A DNA stretch of 63,621 bases, the filler included, from Barthelona sp. PAP020 (Eukaryota): the NCBI GenBank assembly GCA_040182905.1. It is 6 parts of 6 records of this genome, joined end to end, with 100 filler letters (N's around TTAATTAATTAA, not from the genome) between each part and the next. Parts side by side here need not be neighbours in the genome. Positions count along the whole stretch, not along the records: positions 10,679 to 21,249 come from JARQWU010000398.1; 5 more parts are not named here. The stretch is one strand, 5' to 3'. The notes under the pieces are model-generated. The model searched no databases and was not told the origin of the DNA. It saw nothing but the letters and a program-made list of their open reading frames with translations. The position numbers and the translations under genes were made by a program. Below are positions 10,579-20,772 of the stretch, piece after piece (position 1 is the first letter of the stretch; each line of letters starts with the position of its first letter).

Positions 10579-10678
10579 NNNNNNNNNNNNNNNNNNNNNN
10601 NNNNNNNNNNNNNNNNNNNNNNTTAATTAATTAANNNNNNNNNNNNNNNNNNNNNNNNNNNNNNNNNNNNNNNNNNNN
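10579..10678. other. Artificial contig-joining linker
   Basis: 44 N + TTAATTAATTAA (stops in all six frames) + 44 N. Confidence 0.97.
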
Positions 10679-11167
10679 TCGTTTCTCAACACCAACCCAT
10701 TCAAAGAAACTCTCACAAACCAGGAATACCCCAAAAGAAAGATCCACAGCTGTGATAATCGTTAATTCCAAAAATATATTGATTCCTTTCGAAATTTTCT
10801 TTACATTTTGCCAAATGTTATAAAAAAATCCTCGAATTGTTGCTGATAAAAAATGATGTTCTCTTCATTTATTTTTCCAATTGTTTTCATTTTGCATCCA
10901 TTTTTTCTTATTTTGATCTCAATCAACACTATTTTCAGTAAACCAAATATCTTGTTGTGACAAAAAGGATGGTTTGATTTGCCAACAAGCAGAAAAAGAA
11001 ATTTCAATAAAATCCTCCATCGTACATCCAAAGTTTATCAGGTATTTGGACTTTTGAACAGCAAATAAATAATGTCTGTCAAAATGTTGGTCTAAATTAA
11101 TCATTATAAGTAAAATTGATATTTTATAAACCGAAAGTGACCAATTTGTTCTTTCTTTCTGAAAATC

Positions 11168-11488
11168 ATGCAAACTTTTTCACAACGAGTAATCCCATTA
11201 ATTGGAGTGAATTTTGGTGAAAAAATAGTTCAGAAAATTGTGAATATGAATCAAATGCAACAAAACATATCCATCAAACACTTACGGATCAGATATCCCG
11301 GACCTTTTTTGACAAAAATGAATCATTGGGAAGCAAGACATATACTGAACATTCCTTTTTTGACTCCCAGTCAAAATGAGTTGGAAAAATTCTACAGACA
11401 AATGTTGAAATTAAACCATCCTGATTTGAATGGTAGTACTCTAATATCTTCGAAAATCAATGAAGCGTATCAACTGTTGAAGGGTTGA
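11168..11488 (+). CDS. PAM18: Mitochondrial import motor J-protein Pam18/Tim14 (DNAJC15/19-like)
   Basis: GPFLTKMNHWEARHILN...YRQMLKLNHPDLNGSTLISSKINEAYQLL matches the Pam18-type short J-domain with HPD and KINEA. Confidence 0.85.
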   Translation: MQTFSQRVIPLIGVNFGEKIVQKIVNMNQMQQNISIKHLRIRYPGPFLTKMNHWEARHILNIPFLTPSQNELEKFYRQMLKLNHPDLNGSTLISSKINEAYQLLKG

Positions 11489-11652
11489 ACGTTTCATTCC
11501 TTGGTGTTTTTTTTTTTTTCACAAACTCACACACTTGCCTTTTTGATCACTGCACAATGAATAATAAAATAATAAATTTGTAATGTATTTTATATTGTTT
11601 TTACACAAAAAATTCAATCAAAAATTAAATACACGATTTTCAACTCAACACA

Positions 11653-14600
11653 TCAATTTTCGAAATCATCTTCAAAGTCATTGTACATATTTGAAGCAGC
11701 TTCAAAAAGTTCATCATCTTGATTATCTTGAAAATCATCAAATTCATCTTCAAATTCATCAACTGATTTATTTGAAGACTTTGAGGAAGTTGAAGATGTA
11801 TCTGATGACTCAATTTCATTTTTTTGTGTAAGATTCACCAAACTTTGTTGTCTTGACATTGAAAGGTGATTTGTTGATTTTCCGGTGTCATTGAATTCAT
11901 CATCAAATTCATCATCAAAATCTGATTGGGTATTTGAATGGGAATCAAAATCTGAATGTGATTTTGACTTTTCATGTGTTGGAAGTGGCTTTATATTTTC
12001 ATCAAAGTTTTCATCGAATTCTCCTTCAAATTCTTCCTCAAAATGATCATCACCAATATCATTATCATTAACTTCCTTTTCAATTTTAGGAGACGTTTCA
12101 AAATCATCATCAAAAGATTCATCTTCAAATTCATCTTCAGTTTCATATTTCGTGTCTTTTTCATTATCAACAAAATCCTGTTCCTTTTCAAAAATGGAGT
12201 CTTCATTATCATTCCTCAAATCATCAAAAGAAGAATCACTTTTTGTGTGATTTATTCCATTGTCAAATTCTTCTTCAAATTCTTCTTCAAAATCATCATT
12301 TTCAAAATCTTCAAAACTTTCTTCTTCATTTTTTTTGTTTTTGTCTGTATTTTCAATTTCTCCGCTTTTATCTTTTGAATTATCGATATCAGAATCTGTG
12401 AATTTGTCGACAACATTGGTAATAACACTTTTAACAAAAGTTTCAGAAGCATTAATAGCAATGTCATCATTTATTGTTTCTTTTGCTTCTTTTGCTTCTT
12501 TTATTCTTCTCAATTTCTCAACTTCAGCCTGTCTTTCTGCTTCTAATCTGCATCTCTCCAATTCTTTTTCCTCCTCTTCTTTTTCTCTTTTTTGTTTCTC
12601 CATTTCAGCATGTTTTTCTGCTTCCAATCTGCGTTTCTCAAATTCTTCTTTTTCTGCTTTTTCTCTTCTCAATTTCTCAATTTTAGCTTGTCTTTCTGCT
12701 TCCAATATCTGCTGTCTCTCTAATTCTTCTTCTTTTTCCCTTTTTTGTTTTTCAATTTCTGCTTGTTTTTCTGCTTCTAATCTGCATCTCTCAAATTCTT
12801 CTTTTTCTGCTTTTTCCTTTCTCAATTTCTCAATTTCTGCTTGTTTTTCTGCTTCCAATTTGCGAAGTCTCTCTAATTCTTCTTGTTCTCGCTTAATCCT
12901 TTCTTGTCTTTCTATTTTCTCTTGTCTTTCTTTTTCTAACAGTATTTCTGTCTGTTTCTTTCTTTCAAGATTCTTTTCCATTTCAATTTGCAATTTTTTG
13001 GCTTCTTCTTCTCTTTTAACTCGAGCAGTTAACTCTTCACGTTGTTTTTGTTCAAGTATTTTTTGTTTTCGAATGTCTTCCCTTTTTTTCTTTTCTTGGA
13101 TCTCTTCTTGCTTGTTTTGTTCTTTTTTTTCTTTTTGTTGTTTATTTTCTTGAACTGAATCCATCCTGATATTATCAAAAAGTCTTTTTTCTTTATCCCA
13201 TCCTGCAGAAACATTAACATCAACAGTTTCTTTTTCTGATATCAAAGAAACACTCTTTTTTTGTTCTTTTTGTTCTTTGATGACTTTTCCACTACCTTTG
13301 TAAATTGATTTCCTTCGTATAGGAAAGTTTTGGCTGGAAGAATTCTTTGATCTACTTTCACCACTTCTTTTTTGTATTTTCCTGGCTTCTTTATTCACAT
13401 ATATTTTTGATCCATTGTTTAACAATTGAGCTTGAGAATCCTCATTTACACTTGTTGGCCGGATTCTAGGTTTTCGATTCTTTTCAACTGATGGCTTTGG
13501 GGATGAAATTTCTTCTTCTCTATTAACTCTGTTAACTTTAGCCAAACGATTAATATGATCGTAATTTACTCTCCGGGTATTGGAAATTTTGGCTTTATTA
13601 GTGCTATTATCTGTTTTTGATTTTGTTGTATCAGAAGAGTCATCAAATTTTACAGGTGTTGAATCAAATTGCTTGATTTTTCGTTGCTTTTTCAAAGATG
13701 TTTTCTTCAAACTGTCAGAAGGTGTATTCAAGGTATTTATCGTGGATGCAAATGTATCATCTTCAGAACGGTCCGATTGTTTTTCTAATTGTTGTGGCGT
13801 TTCTCTAATAGAAGTGATATTGCTTCTTTTAATGGATTTTTTCTGATTTGCATTTGACATTTCGGAAACTAAAACTCTTGGAAAAGGCATAGTTGGCAAA
13901 TAATTAAGATTAGCTATGTTTTTATATTCTTGTTTCATTCGTGCAACTGTTTCATTATCATTTCCTAATTTATATACTCCAGTATTTATAGCATCTGCCA
14001 AAAACATTATTGGAATGGACACATTTGTTGGATCAATCTCAAAACTAATACATGCACCATTATAATGGCTAATCATCAAACATTCGGAATAAAAATTTAT
14101 TGATTTTTGACTGCTAAACTTCAAAAAAGTTGCATTATCAACTAAACTATCAAAAATCTTTATGGCTGTTTTTATTGCAGAAATACCTGATTCAAAATCA
14201 GATGATTCATACAACGAATAGGCTAAATTAATATAAGAAACACCTGGTGTTTCTGGATTAGAAACTAATCTTTCTAAAGTGGCTGCTTTATTGCAAATCG
14301 CCACACATTTTTCAAGTTCACCAGTCAAATGATATAAATTTGCCAAAATATTGTAAACACACAATCTACTTTTTCTTCTGCCAAAAAATTTTGTTGCATT
14401 TTTATCAGTAAGAGTTTGTCCAATTAATAACAAATGCTCAGCTTGTTCAAAATCATCCTCATCAATGCATTCACACGCTAAACAACATAATGACATAATT
14501 AAATCAAATTGAAGTTTTTCTATAGATGTACGCTCTTCATTCATGGCAACTTTAACATCTAACAACTCACAAATAGTTCGACAATATTGAACATAATCAT

Positions 14601-14802
14601 GAGATCTTTTATATTGACAAGCTTTTTGCTCCAGTTCAACTGCCTTCACTAAAATGGTTTGATCAATAAGATTATTTAACAATAATTCATCATCATAAAA
14701 ACTTTCAAAAAGCTTACCATCCATCGTGGATTTAATATCTCTCTTTTGAAAAGATCTAAAACATTTTGTTTGCCATATTGGCTGGAGAATTTTCGCGTCC
14801 AT
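11653..14802 (-). CDS. TPR-like N-terminal domain, basic linker, E/K/R-rich helical repeats and acidic tail (1049 aa)
   Basis: TPR-like helices (VYNILANLYHLTGELEKCVAICNKA; SYINLAYSLYESSDFESGISAIKTA), a central charged repeat block and a D/E-F rich C-terminus. Confidence 0.8.
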   Translation of the reverse strand: MDAKILQPIWQTKCFRSFQKRDIKSTMDGKLFESFYDDELLLNNLIDQTILVKAVELEQKACQYKRSHDYVQYCRTICELLDVKVAMNEERTSIEKLQFDLIMSLCCLACECIDEDDFEQAEHLLLIGQTLTDKNATKFFGRRKSRLCVYNILANLYHLTGELEKCVAICNKAATLERLVSNPETPGVSYINLAYSLYESSDFESGISAIKTAIKIFDSLVDNATFLKFSSQKSINFYSECLMISHYNGACISFEIDPTNVSIPIMFLADAINTGVYKLGNDNETVARMKQEYKNIANLNYLPTMPFPRVLVSEMSNANQKKSIKRSNITSIRETPQQLEKQSDRSEDDTFASTINTLNTPSDSLKKTSLKKQRKIKQFDSTPVKFDDSSDTTKSKTDNSTNKAKISNTRRVNYDHINRLAKVNRVNREEEISSPKPSVEKNRKPRIRPTSVNEDSQAQLLNNGSKIYVNKEARKIQKRSGESRSKNSSSQNFPIRRKSIYKGSGKVIKEQKEQKKSVSLISEKETVDVNVSAGWDKEKRLFDNIRMDSVQENKQQKEKKEQNKQEEIQEKKKREDIRKQKILEQKQREELTARVKREEEAKKLQIEMEKNLERKKQTEILLEKERQEKIERQERIKREQEELERLRKLEAEKQAEIEKLRKEKAEKEEFERCRLEAEKQAEIEKQKREKEEELERQQILEAERQAKIEKLRREKAEKEEFEKRRLEAEKHAEMEKQKREKEEEEKELERCRLEAERQAEVEKLRRIKEAKEAKETINDDIAINASETFVKSVITNVVDKFTDSDIDNSKDKSGEIENTDKNKKNEEESFEDFENDDFEEEFEEEFDNGINHTKSDSSFDDLRNDNEDSIFEKEQDFVDNEKDTKYETEDEFEDESFDDDFETSPKIEKEVNDNDIGDDHFEEEFEGEFDENFDENIKPLPTHEKSKSHSDFDSHSNTQSDFDDEFDDEFNDTGKSTNHLSMSRQQSLVNLTQKNEIESSDTSSTSSKSSNKSVDEFEDEFDDFQDNQDDELFEAASNMYNDFEDDFEN
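12497..12890 (-). repeat. Coding tandem repeat, about 5 units of 24-28 codons (EKLRREKAEKEEFEKRRLEAEKQAEI-like)
   Basis: LEAE[KR][QH]A[EK][IMV]EK recurs five times in the translation, with DNA-level similarity such as recurring TCTCAATTTCTCAA and TTTCTGCTTC on the + strand. Confidence 0.8.
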
Positions 14803-14844
14803 CCAATAATAATTAAAAAAAAATCGATTATCTTTTTAAGCCGT

Positions 14845-16119
14845 TTATGAGAATGTTTGTCTTTTTTTGTTGTTTAATATTGAGGTAGAAATGTGCTTAT
14901 CTTTTTTTCTTTTGAATGAATTCAGTTGTCTCTTTTTTGCTTTAGAATCAAGTTTTATTCCAACATTTTGATTTAAATCCAGAGAAAATAACCGTTTTTG
15001 AGGTTGATTATGAATAGAAGTTGATTTAGTCTGATTGTTAAGAAGTTTCAATTTATTTGCAGGAAAAAAACCTGTGGTAATACTGCTAGAATTTTCCACA
15101 GAACCTTTATTTGAAGTCATTAGATCCATAAAATTCATTGTTTTTGATTTAATTGATTCTGATGGAATCTGTTCATTGGTTTTTGACTGCATCAAAGCAA
15201 AAAAATTTGTAGAATTTGTGGTGTGTGTTGAAATTTCTGCAGGTTCTTGATTTTTCTGTTTCATTGGAAGAGCTTTACTAACTTTTGTTGGAGGTATTTT
15301 TTCTTCATTTGAAACAGAAATTTCTTCTCTTTTGTTATAGTCATAATACTGATTATCATATTCTTTGTAATTTTCACACTCATCAAAGTTATTATCAACA
15401 AGATCAGGAAGATCTCCTGCAGTCTTCCCAAGAAATTGGGCTGCAAATCTTTCATGCCTATCATAAAGCTCTCTCTTTTTTTTTTGAACTTCAATTTCCT
15501 CTTTTAATTTTCTTTTCAATTCTTTCCTGGATCTATAAACGCCATATGGTAATTCTTGTTGAGTAAACATGGATAAACTAGCAACATGGAATGGAATAAA
15601 ATCTTCTTCAAACACTTTATAACCCAAACGATCATATTTAGGGACAAAAGAAACTCTATTACCTTGAATATCAAACACACGCAATTGAGGATATGGAACA
15701 TATCCTGGACCACGATCTATCATCATTTGTTTCCATGCTCTACGACGATGAAGCTCCTTATTCCATTTTTCTTTTCTAACATTCTTTTTTTCCTTTTCCT
15801 CATCAATTTTACTTTGTCTTTCAATAGAATACTTTGGTTTTTCTGTTGGTTGAACCACAATATGAGTACCATGCCATATTTTATTGTGAAAAGTAGTCAA
15901 TAACTTGGACAAATTCTTCTCATTGATTGATATATTCATAAAACAATAATCAAACGGATTTGTTTCACTATAAATATAATCGGGAACATTTTTCTTAACA
16001 AGTTCCATTTCTTTCACTTGACCAAATCGAGAAAAAGCTGACTTGATTGCATCAGGATCAATGTGTGATGCACATTTAATGAAAAGCCGTGTTGATGAAT
16101 CATTTGTTGTGGAAATCAT
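14845..16119 (-). CDS. NOL8: Nucleolar protein 8-like RRM protein
   Basis: N-terminal RRM RLFI...FSRFGQVKEMELV...YCFMNIS..EKNLSKLLTTFHNKIWHGTHIVVQ resembles the NOL8/Nop8 RRM; basic C-terminus. Confidence 0.65.
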   Translation of the reverse strand: MISTTNDSSTRLFIKCASHIDPDAIKSAFSRFGQVKEMELVKKNVPDYIYSETNPFDYCFMNISINEKNLSKLLTTFHNKIWHGTHIVVQPTEKPKYSIERQSKIDEEKEKKNVRKEKWNKELHRRRAWKQMMIDRGPGYVPYPQLRVFDIQGNRVSFVPKYDRLGYKVFEEDFIPFHVASLSMFTQQELPYGVYRSRKELKRKLKEEIEVQKKKRELYDRHERFAAQFLGKTAGDLPDLVDNNFDECENYKEYDNQYYDYNKREEISVSNEEKIPPTKVSKALPMKQKNQEPAEISTHTTNSTNFFALMQSKTNEQIPSESIKSKTMNFMDLMTSNKGSVENSSSITTGFFPANKLKLLNNQTKSTSIHNQPQKRLFSLDLNQNVGIKLDSKAKKRQLNSFKRKKDKHISTSILNNKKRQTFS

Positions 16120-16179
16120 AATGAAAAAAAGAACTTTATGAATATTTTTTACTCTTCATCATGTGACATATGAAAAACT

Positions 16180-17157
16180 ATGGACAACAAGCAACGATTT
16201 CTTGACACAATATTAAAAAATTCACCATTAATGAACATATCGAATGAATTTCCCAAAACAAAAAGGGGAAGTAATTCCATTCTTCATGGTTCAAAACCAC
16301 GGTTATCCGAACTAAACAAATATTTACATGAATTGCGCCAAGATTTTAAAAACATTCAAGAAGAGCATTTTGACATAAAACAAACAATTCAAATTCTTGA
16401 AAACAATGTTAAAGATATTTTTTCACGTGTTTCTACTCTTGAAAATAAAACTATTGTTGCAAATAAAAATGATTCAAATGATAAAAAGAATTTTTCATTT
16501 GATGACAAATTGAAAACATTTGATAAACGAATAAGCATTTTAGAATCAAGAATTGACATAGATATGGTCAAATTGTTGGACAAGTCCGCGGAACGCGTGA
16601 AAAAAGCAGTTGAAGTTGCTGAATATGCCGATGAAGTCAATGAAAAAATTAATGAATCAGTGGAAGTTTTGCAACAAAGAATTGTTACTTTGGAGCAAAT
16701 GCTTACCACATTGGCACACAATGATGAAATGACCTCAATGGAAATATTATCTGAATTGTCCGGTATTCGAAAAGGGTTTGCACTTTTGTCCAATAGGATA
16801 GTTCAATTAGAATCACATCAATCACCTTACGGTGAATCATTTGTAAAAACAGGTATTTCCGTTGAAAGAAATAATATTGTTGAAAATGACAGTAAAGTGT
16901 CATCCAATGGTCAAGAATTTGACTTAAATATGAATGTGTCTCTTTTGATGCATGATGCAACGGATAAAAGCCTTGTGCAGAGTATAACACCAAGAACAGC
17001 TGCTTTAACAAAGAGGGATTTTTTTGTTGAAAATAATCATCAAGATTTAGAAGTTTCTGACGAATTTAAAGCTACTTTAAGAAAATATAACACCCAAAAA
17101 ACAGATCGCTTTTCAAGAACGGTTAAACCTATTCCTTATCCAATTTCAAACAAATGA
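16180..17157 (+). CDS. Coiled-coil hypothetical protein
   Basis: 325-aa ATG ORF with heptad-like segments (RVSTLEN, RISILES, RIVTLEQ, RIVQLES). Confidence 0.75.
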   Translation: MDNKQRFLDTILKNSPLMNISNEFPKTKRGSNSILHGSKPRLSELNKYLHELRQDFKNIQEEHFDIKQTIQILENNVKDIFSRVSTLENKTIVANKNDSNDKKNFSFDDKLKTFDKRISILESRIDIDMVKLLDKSAERVKKAVEVAEYADEVNEKINESVEVLQQRIVTLEQMLTTLAHNDEMTSMEILSELSGIRKGFALLSNRIVQLESHQSPYGESFVKTGISVERNNIVENDSKVSSNGQEFDLNMNVSLLMHDATDKSLVQSITPRTAALTKRDFFVENNHQDLEVSDEFKATLRKYNTQKTDRFSRTVKPIPYPISNK

Positions 17158-17259
17158 TCAATAAAAGTTATTTCAAGTCTCGTAAATGTATAATTAATAA
17201 AACAATGAAAATAAATTATTTTTGATTTTGTTTTTTATTACCAGGTTATTCATGAAAAA

Positions 17260-18876
17260 ATGAGTGTTTCAAACAATTATCGAGGAGAGAGGAGAATTTC
17301 CGTTTCGAGTAATGTCTCTGATTATGATTTGTATCCACAAATATGTCCTCCTTGTCCAATATCATTCAAACCAGCCGAAGAACCGGCTTTACCCATAGAT
17401 TTTAATCCGTTGGAAACTGGAAAAAGAAAAATTGAAGATACCATTTATGAAGAGAATTTGGATCTTATTTCTCCAGAACTTGGACCGATGAAAAATTTTG
17501 ATAATTTTGATAAAATGATACCGTTATCAAATGAAAAGTTTGAAACATCTTCTAGAATGTTACCTTTACCTCCACAAACACCAATTTTGGATCTTGATGA
17601 TTGTGATGAATTTAATTTTTCATGGATTCAATTTTTTTTTGGACAAAACATTGATTATCCGGCTTTTGCATTCCGTTTGGATGTAAAACAACATATTGAG
17701 AGGACAAAAAATGTTTTAAGGAATTTTTTCCGAGTTCCTTTAAGATTTGAATTTTTTATACTTTTTTCAATATTAGTTTTGATTGAATTTCTTTTTTCAT
17801 TCATTTTAATCACTCCAATTAGATTTTTCAGTTCAATTTTTTCTCTTTTCTTCCCAAATAAAAAAAAGAAAAGCAAAACAAATGAAATTTTATTGATTGA
17901 TACTTTGAATATTATTTTAGTTATTTCAGGGTTGATTATTATAAATATGTTATCTTTTAGTGATTTATATCATTGGGTACGTATTCAATCCACAATAAAA
18001 TTAATCACTTTGTTAAATTTATTGATTGTCTTTGAAAAATTATGTACTGCATTGGGGCAAGATCTTACTGAAACACTTAACTTTGAATTCTATCAGAATG
18101 GTAGATTCAAATACTTTTATCTATTCATAACTATTGTATATACAATCATTCATTCCATTATCTTATTGTTGCGATTGATTGTTTTTAATGTTTCTGTTGA
18201 TTTAAAAGACGATTTCTTTTCAGGTATGGTCATAAGTTCTAATTTCTCCAATTTGAAATCAACTGTGTTTAAAAAATATCAAAAACAGAATTTGTTTCAA
18301 ATTTCTTGTCACGATGCTGTTGAAAGATTTATTTTTTTTATTTTTGTCGTTATTTTAATTATTAGAAAGGTAGCTTACACTAATTTTGATGTTATTCCTA
18401 TAGGTTTATTGCACCACATTGTTTTTTATCTTTTTCTTGAATTTTGTGTGGATTGGATTAAACATTTGTTTCTAGGAAAATTTAATCACCTTTCTGTTGA
18501 AATTTATTCAAAATTCTTAAAAATTTTGCAAAATGATGTGAAGATTAGTTTGTTAAAATCAAGTGCTGGCTTGAATTCTCCCAGGCCTACATCTGTTTCC
18601 AGACGTTTGGGATTTTTACCACATGCATACACAGTTTTATTGTTAGGTTTGATTCCATTTCAACGAATAAGAAATGTTTATCAAAACAAATTTCCCATCT
18701 TAATCAGTTTGGTTGTTTTAAACATCTTTCTTTTCAAAGGTTTACTTTCATTAATAATTTCAGGGTGGATTTCAATTGAACCAAAAAAGAAAAACAATAG
18801 CTCGTCAAATGATGAAGACCCTGTCTTGACAATAGTTGAAAGATTTAGTATTTATAAATCTCGAATTCCTGGATAA
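17260..18876 (+). CDS. TAPT1: TAPT1/Emp65/POD1 (DUF747) ER membrane protein
   Basis: LYHWVRIQSTIKL, EKLCTALGQD, SNFSNLKSTVFKK, LFQISCHDAVERF, VDWIKHLFLGKFN and SRRLGFLP. Confidence 0.9.
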   Translation: MSVSNNYRGERRISVSSNVSDYDLYPQICPPCPISFKPAEEPALPIDFNPLETGKRKIEDTIYEENLDLISPELGPMKNFDNFDKMIPLSNEKFETSSRMLPLPPQTPILDLDDCDEFNFSWIQFFFGQNIDYPAFAFRLDVKQHIERTKNVLRNFFRVPLRFEFFILFSILVLIEFLFSFILITPIRFFSSIFSLFFPNKKKKSKTNEILLIDTLNIILVISGLIIINMLSFSDLYHWVRIQSTIKLITLLNLLIVFEKLCTALGQDLTETLNFEFYQNGRFKYFYLFITIVYTIIHSIILLLRLIVFNVSVDLKDDFFSGMVISSNFSNLKSTVFKKYQKQNLFQISCHDAVERFIFFIFVVILIIRKVAYTNFDVIPIGLLHHIVFYLFLEFCVDWIKHLFLGKFNHLSVEIYSKFLKILQNDVKISLLKSSAGLNSPRPTSVSRRLGFLPHAYTVLLLGLIPFQRIRNVYQNKFPILISLVVLNIFLFKGLLSLIISGWISIEPKKKNNSSSNDEDPVLTIVERFSIYKSRIPG

Positions 18877-19032
18877 TTTATCAATCATTTTAACATATAA
18901 ATGAAATAGTTTTTTTGTTGAAAAGGAAACCTAAGTTTTGAATCAGTAGTTGTCAAAAATTGTTTATTTACACTTCAAAATACATGTGATATTTTTCTTG
19001 AAGGCATGCTTTTTTATTTCTTTTTTTTTTCT

Positions 19033-19917
19033 ATGAATCATACCAAATGGAGTTTAATTGAAAATTATTATGAAGATGAAGATGAAATTAGTTTAATTAA
19101 ACGTGATTGCATTTGTATAATGAGAGAACTGTTTTTCATGTCACAAAAATGCAATTTTATACAAAGAAGTCAGTTAAAAAAATACATAAGTAAACAAATG
19201 GGTGAAACAGAAAAAATATCAAAGAAAAAAAGATCCGAATACTTTGATATCATTATTCATCTTTTGTTGGATCCTTTAACTTCACCATTGATTGATTTGG
19301 GATATAAATTGGAAGACATGGGTTTTGAAATGGAATCATATAATACTTCCATCGATTTTGAAAATTTAATTCATCCTGGACCCTTTTTTTTAAAATTAAA
19401 CAATAAAACGGTGTATAATAAGTATAAATCTGGTATTAGTAGTACTGATCATCATTTTGTTTCATTGTGGGGTGCTCAATTTAATGATAGAATGGCATTT
19501 GTTGGTGAATATCTGTTATTTTGTTTATTTATTGCATATCCTGACAATGTCAAGCAAAGTAATTTGATACAACAGTTGATCAATCAAAGATTTTTTGGTG
19601 ATGAAGAAATTTCAAATCTCACAACTGAGCAAGAACTGGAGCTTGACAAAATTCTTAAAATGCTACAGAATAAACAATTAATTCAAAAAGATGAGATTAG
19701 AAACACCTTATCTTTGGGGCTTTTCTTTTGGATTGCTGTTGACCCTGTTATTTTTATTGGAGAATTGATTAAAATTATGGGTGATGGCGATAAAAGGGTG
19801 TTAGAAAGAAAATTTCAGATAATTCTTAATTATGAAACTGAGAAAGGGTTGAACTCTTTTTCAAATTGGAAACCCTTGGAGATTCTCAGTAAATTATATG
19901 ACGATTATTTGAGTTAA
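19033..19917 (+). CDS. Possible divergent NSE3/MAGE (SMC5/6 subunit) protein
   Basis: Pattern MRELFF..Q....IQRSQLKK...LGYKLE...LLFCLFI...LKMLQNKQLI...LG...IKIMG resembles the two winged-helix MAGE domain. The ATG chosen follows the poly-T tract; the ORF track starts at 19006. Confidence 0.45.
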   Translation: MNHTKWSLIENYYEDEDEISLIKRDCICIMRELFFMSQKCNFIQRSQLKKYISKQMGETEKISKKKRSEYFDIIIHLLLDPLTSPLIDLGYKLEDMGFEMESYNTSIDFENLIHPGPFFLKLNNKTVYNKYKSGISSTDHHFVSLWGAQFNDRMAFVGEYLLFCLFIAYPDNVKQSNLIQQLINQRFFGDEEISNLTTEQELELDKILKMLQNKQLIQKDEIRNTLSLGLFFWIAVDPVIFIGELIKIMGDGDKRVLERKFQIILNYETEKGLNSFSNWKPLEILSKLYDDYLS

Positions 19918-19999
19918 ATGTTTTGTAAATGTTTTATTCTTTTATTCTTTTTTTTTTTTTTTTGATTTGTATTTGTTTTTTTCAAAAAACAATAGAATT

Positions 20000-20527
20000 A
20001 TGGGGTTTCATTCGAGTTTTAGAAGAGATTCTTCCTTTGATAGAAAAACGCGGCGATTTTCTTCAAGAAAAAGTGTAAAACCAAAACCAAAACAAACTGA
20101 ATTGCAAAAGAAACCCAAAACAGTGGTATCAAAACCTGAATTTAACTATGATATGAGTGACCAGGCCAAATATTCATATTCAATTGAAGAATATGAAGAA
20201 AGGAAAAAGCTTCTCCAAATGAAGCATGAAGAAGCAATGAGAATTTTTAAAAAAGAGAGAACAAATATTGCCGAAAATATTGCAACAAAAAATGCTCAAA
20301 TATTAAATAACCTTTTGGTTGAATATGATGACGTTTATGCAAAATCATCAGCAAAAGAAGAAGATTTTAGTAATTTTGAAGATATTTCTGTTGTTGATCA
20401 GGACATTGATAATTTATTTTCAAAAGATACCATGTGTATTGAGATGAACCACAGAATAAACAGACCTTATCATGTTAAATTAGTCAGTGCCAAACCTTAT
20501 TCAAATTCAACAAAAAAATTAAGCTGA
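20000..20527 (+). CDS. Hypothetical basic/coiled-coil protein
   Basis: 175-aa ATG ORF downstream of a poly-T tract; no recognised motif. Confidence 0.65.
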   Translation: MGFHSSFRRDSSFDRKTRRFSSRKSVKPKPKQTELQKKPKTVVSKPEFNYDMSDQAKYSYSIEEYEERKKLLQMKHEEAMRIFKKERTNIAENIATKNAQILNNLLVEYDDVYAKSSAKEEDFSNFEDISVVDQDIDNLFSKDTMCIEMNHRINRPYHVKLVSAKPYSNSTKKLS

Positions 20528-20772
20528 TTAGGAAAAAAAAATATTATTTTGTTCAGTGTTGTTTGAATCATTTTTTTTTTTGGCATTTGTTTTTTCTGTC
20601 AAACAAAATAACGAATTTAAAAAAAAAGTTATTGATGTGTTTATTCCAGCCAATTGATTTTTTTGTGTAAATTTTGAATATCTTGAATTTTTTTTTTTTT
20701 TTGGTGAATATTCCCTCTTTTTCAATTCAAAAGGAATCATAGAAAGTTAAAAAGAAATTAACACTTTGTATG

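Noticed and set aside
12260..13153. 297-aa Ser/Phe/Leu-rich + strand ORF, and similar antisense ORFs over IQCA1, RPF2, NEK and SLC12
   Set aside because: These are shadow frames of real genes on the opposite strand; the complement of E/K-rich codons lacks stops.
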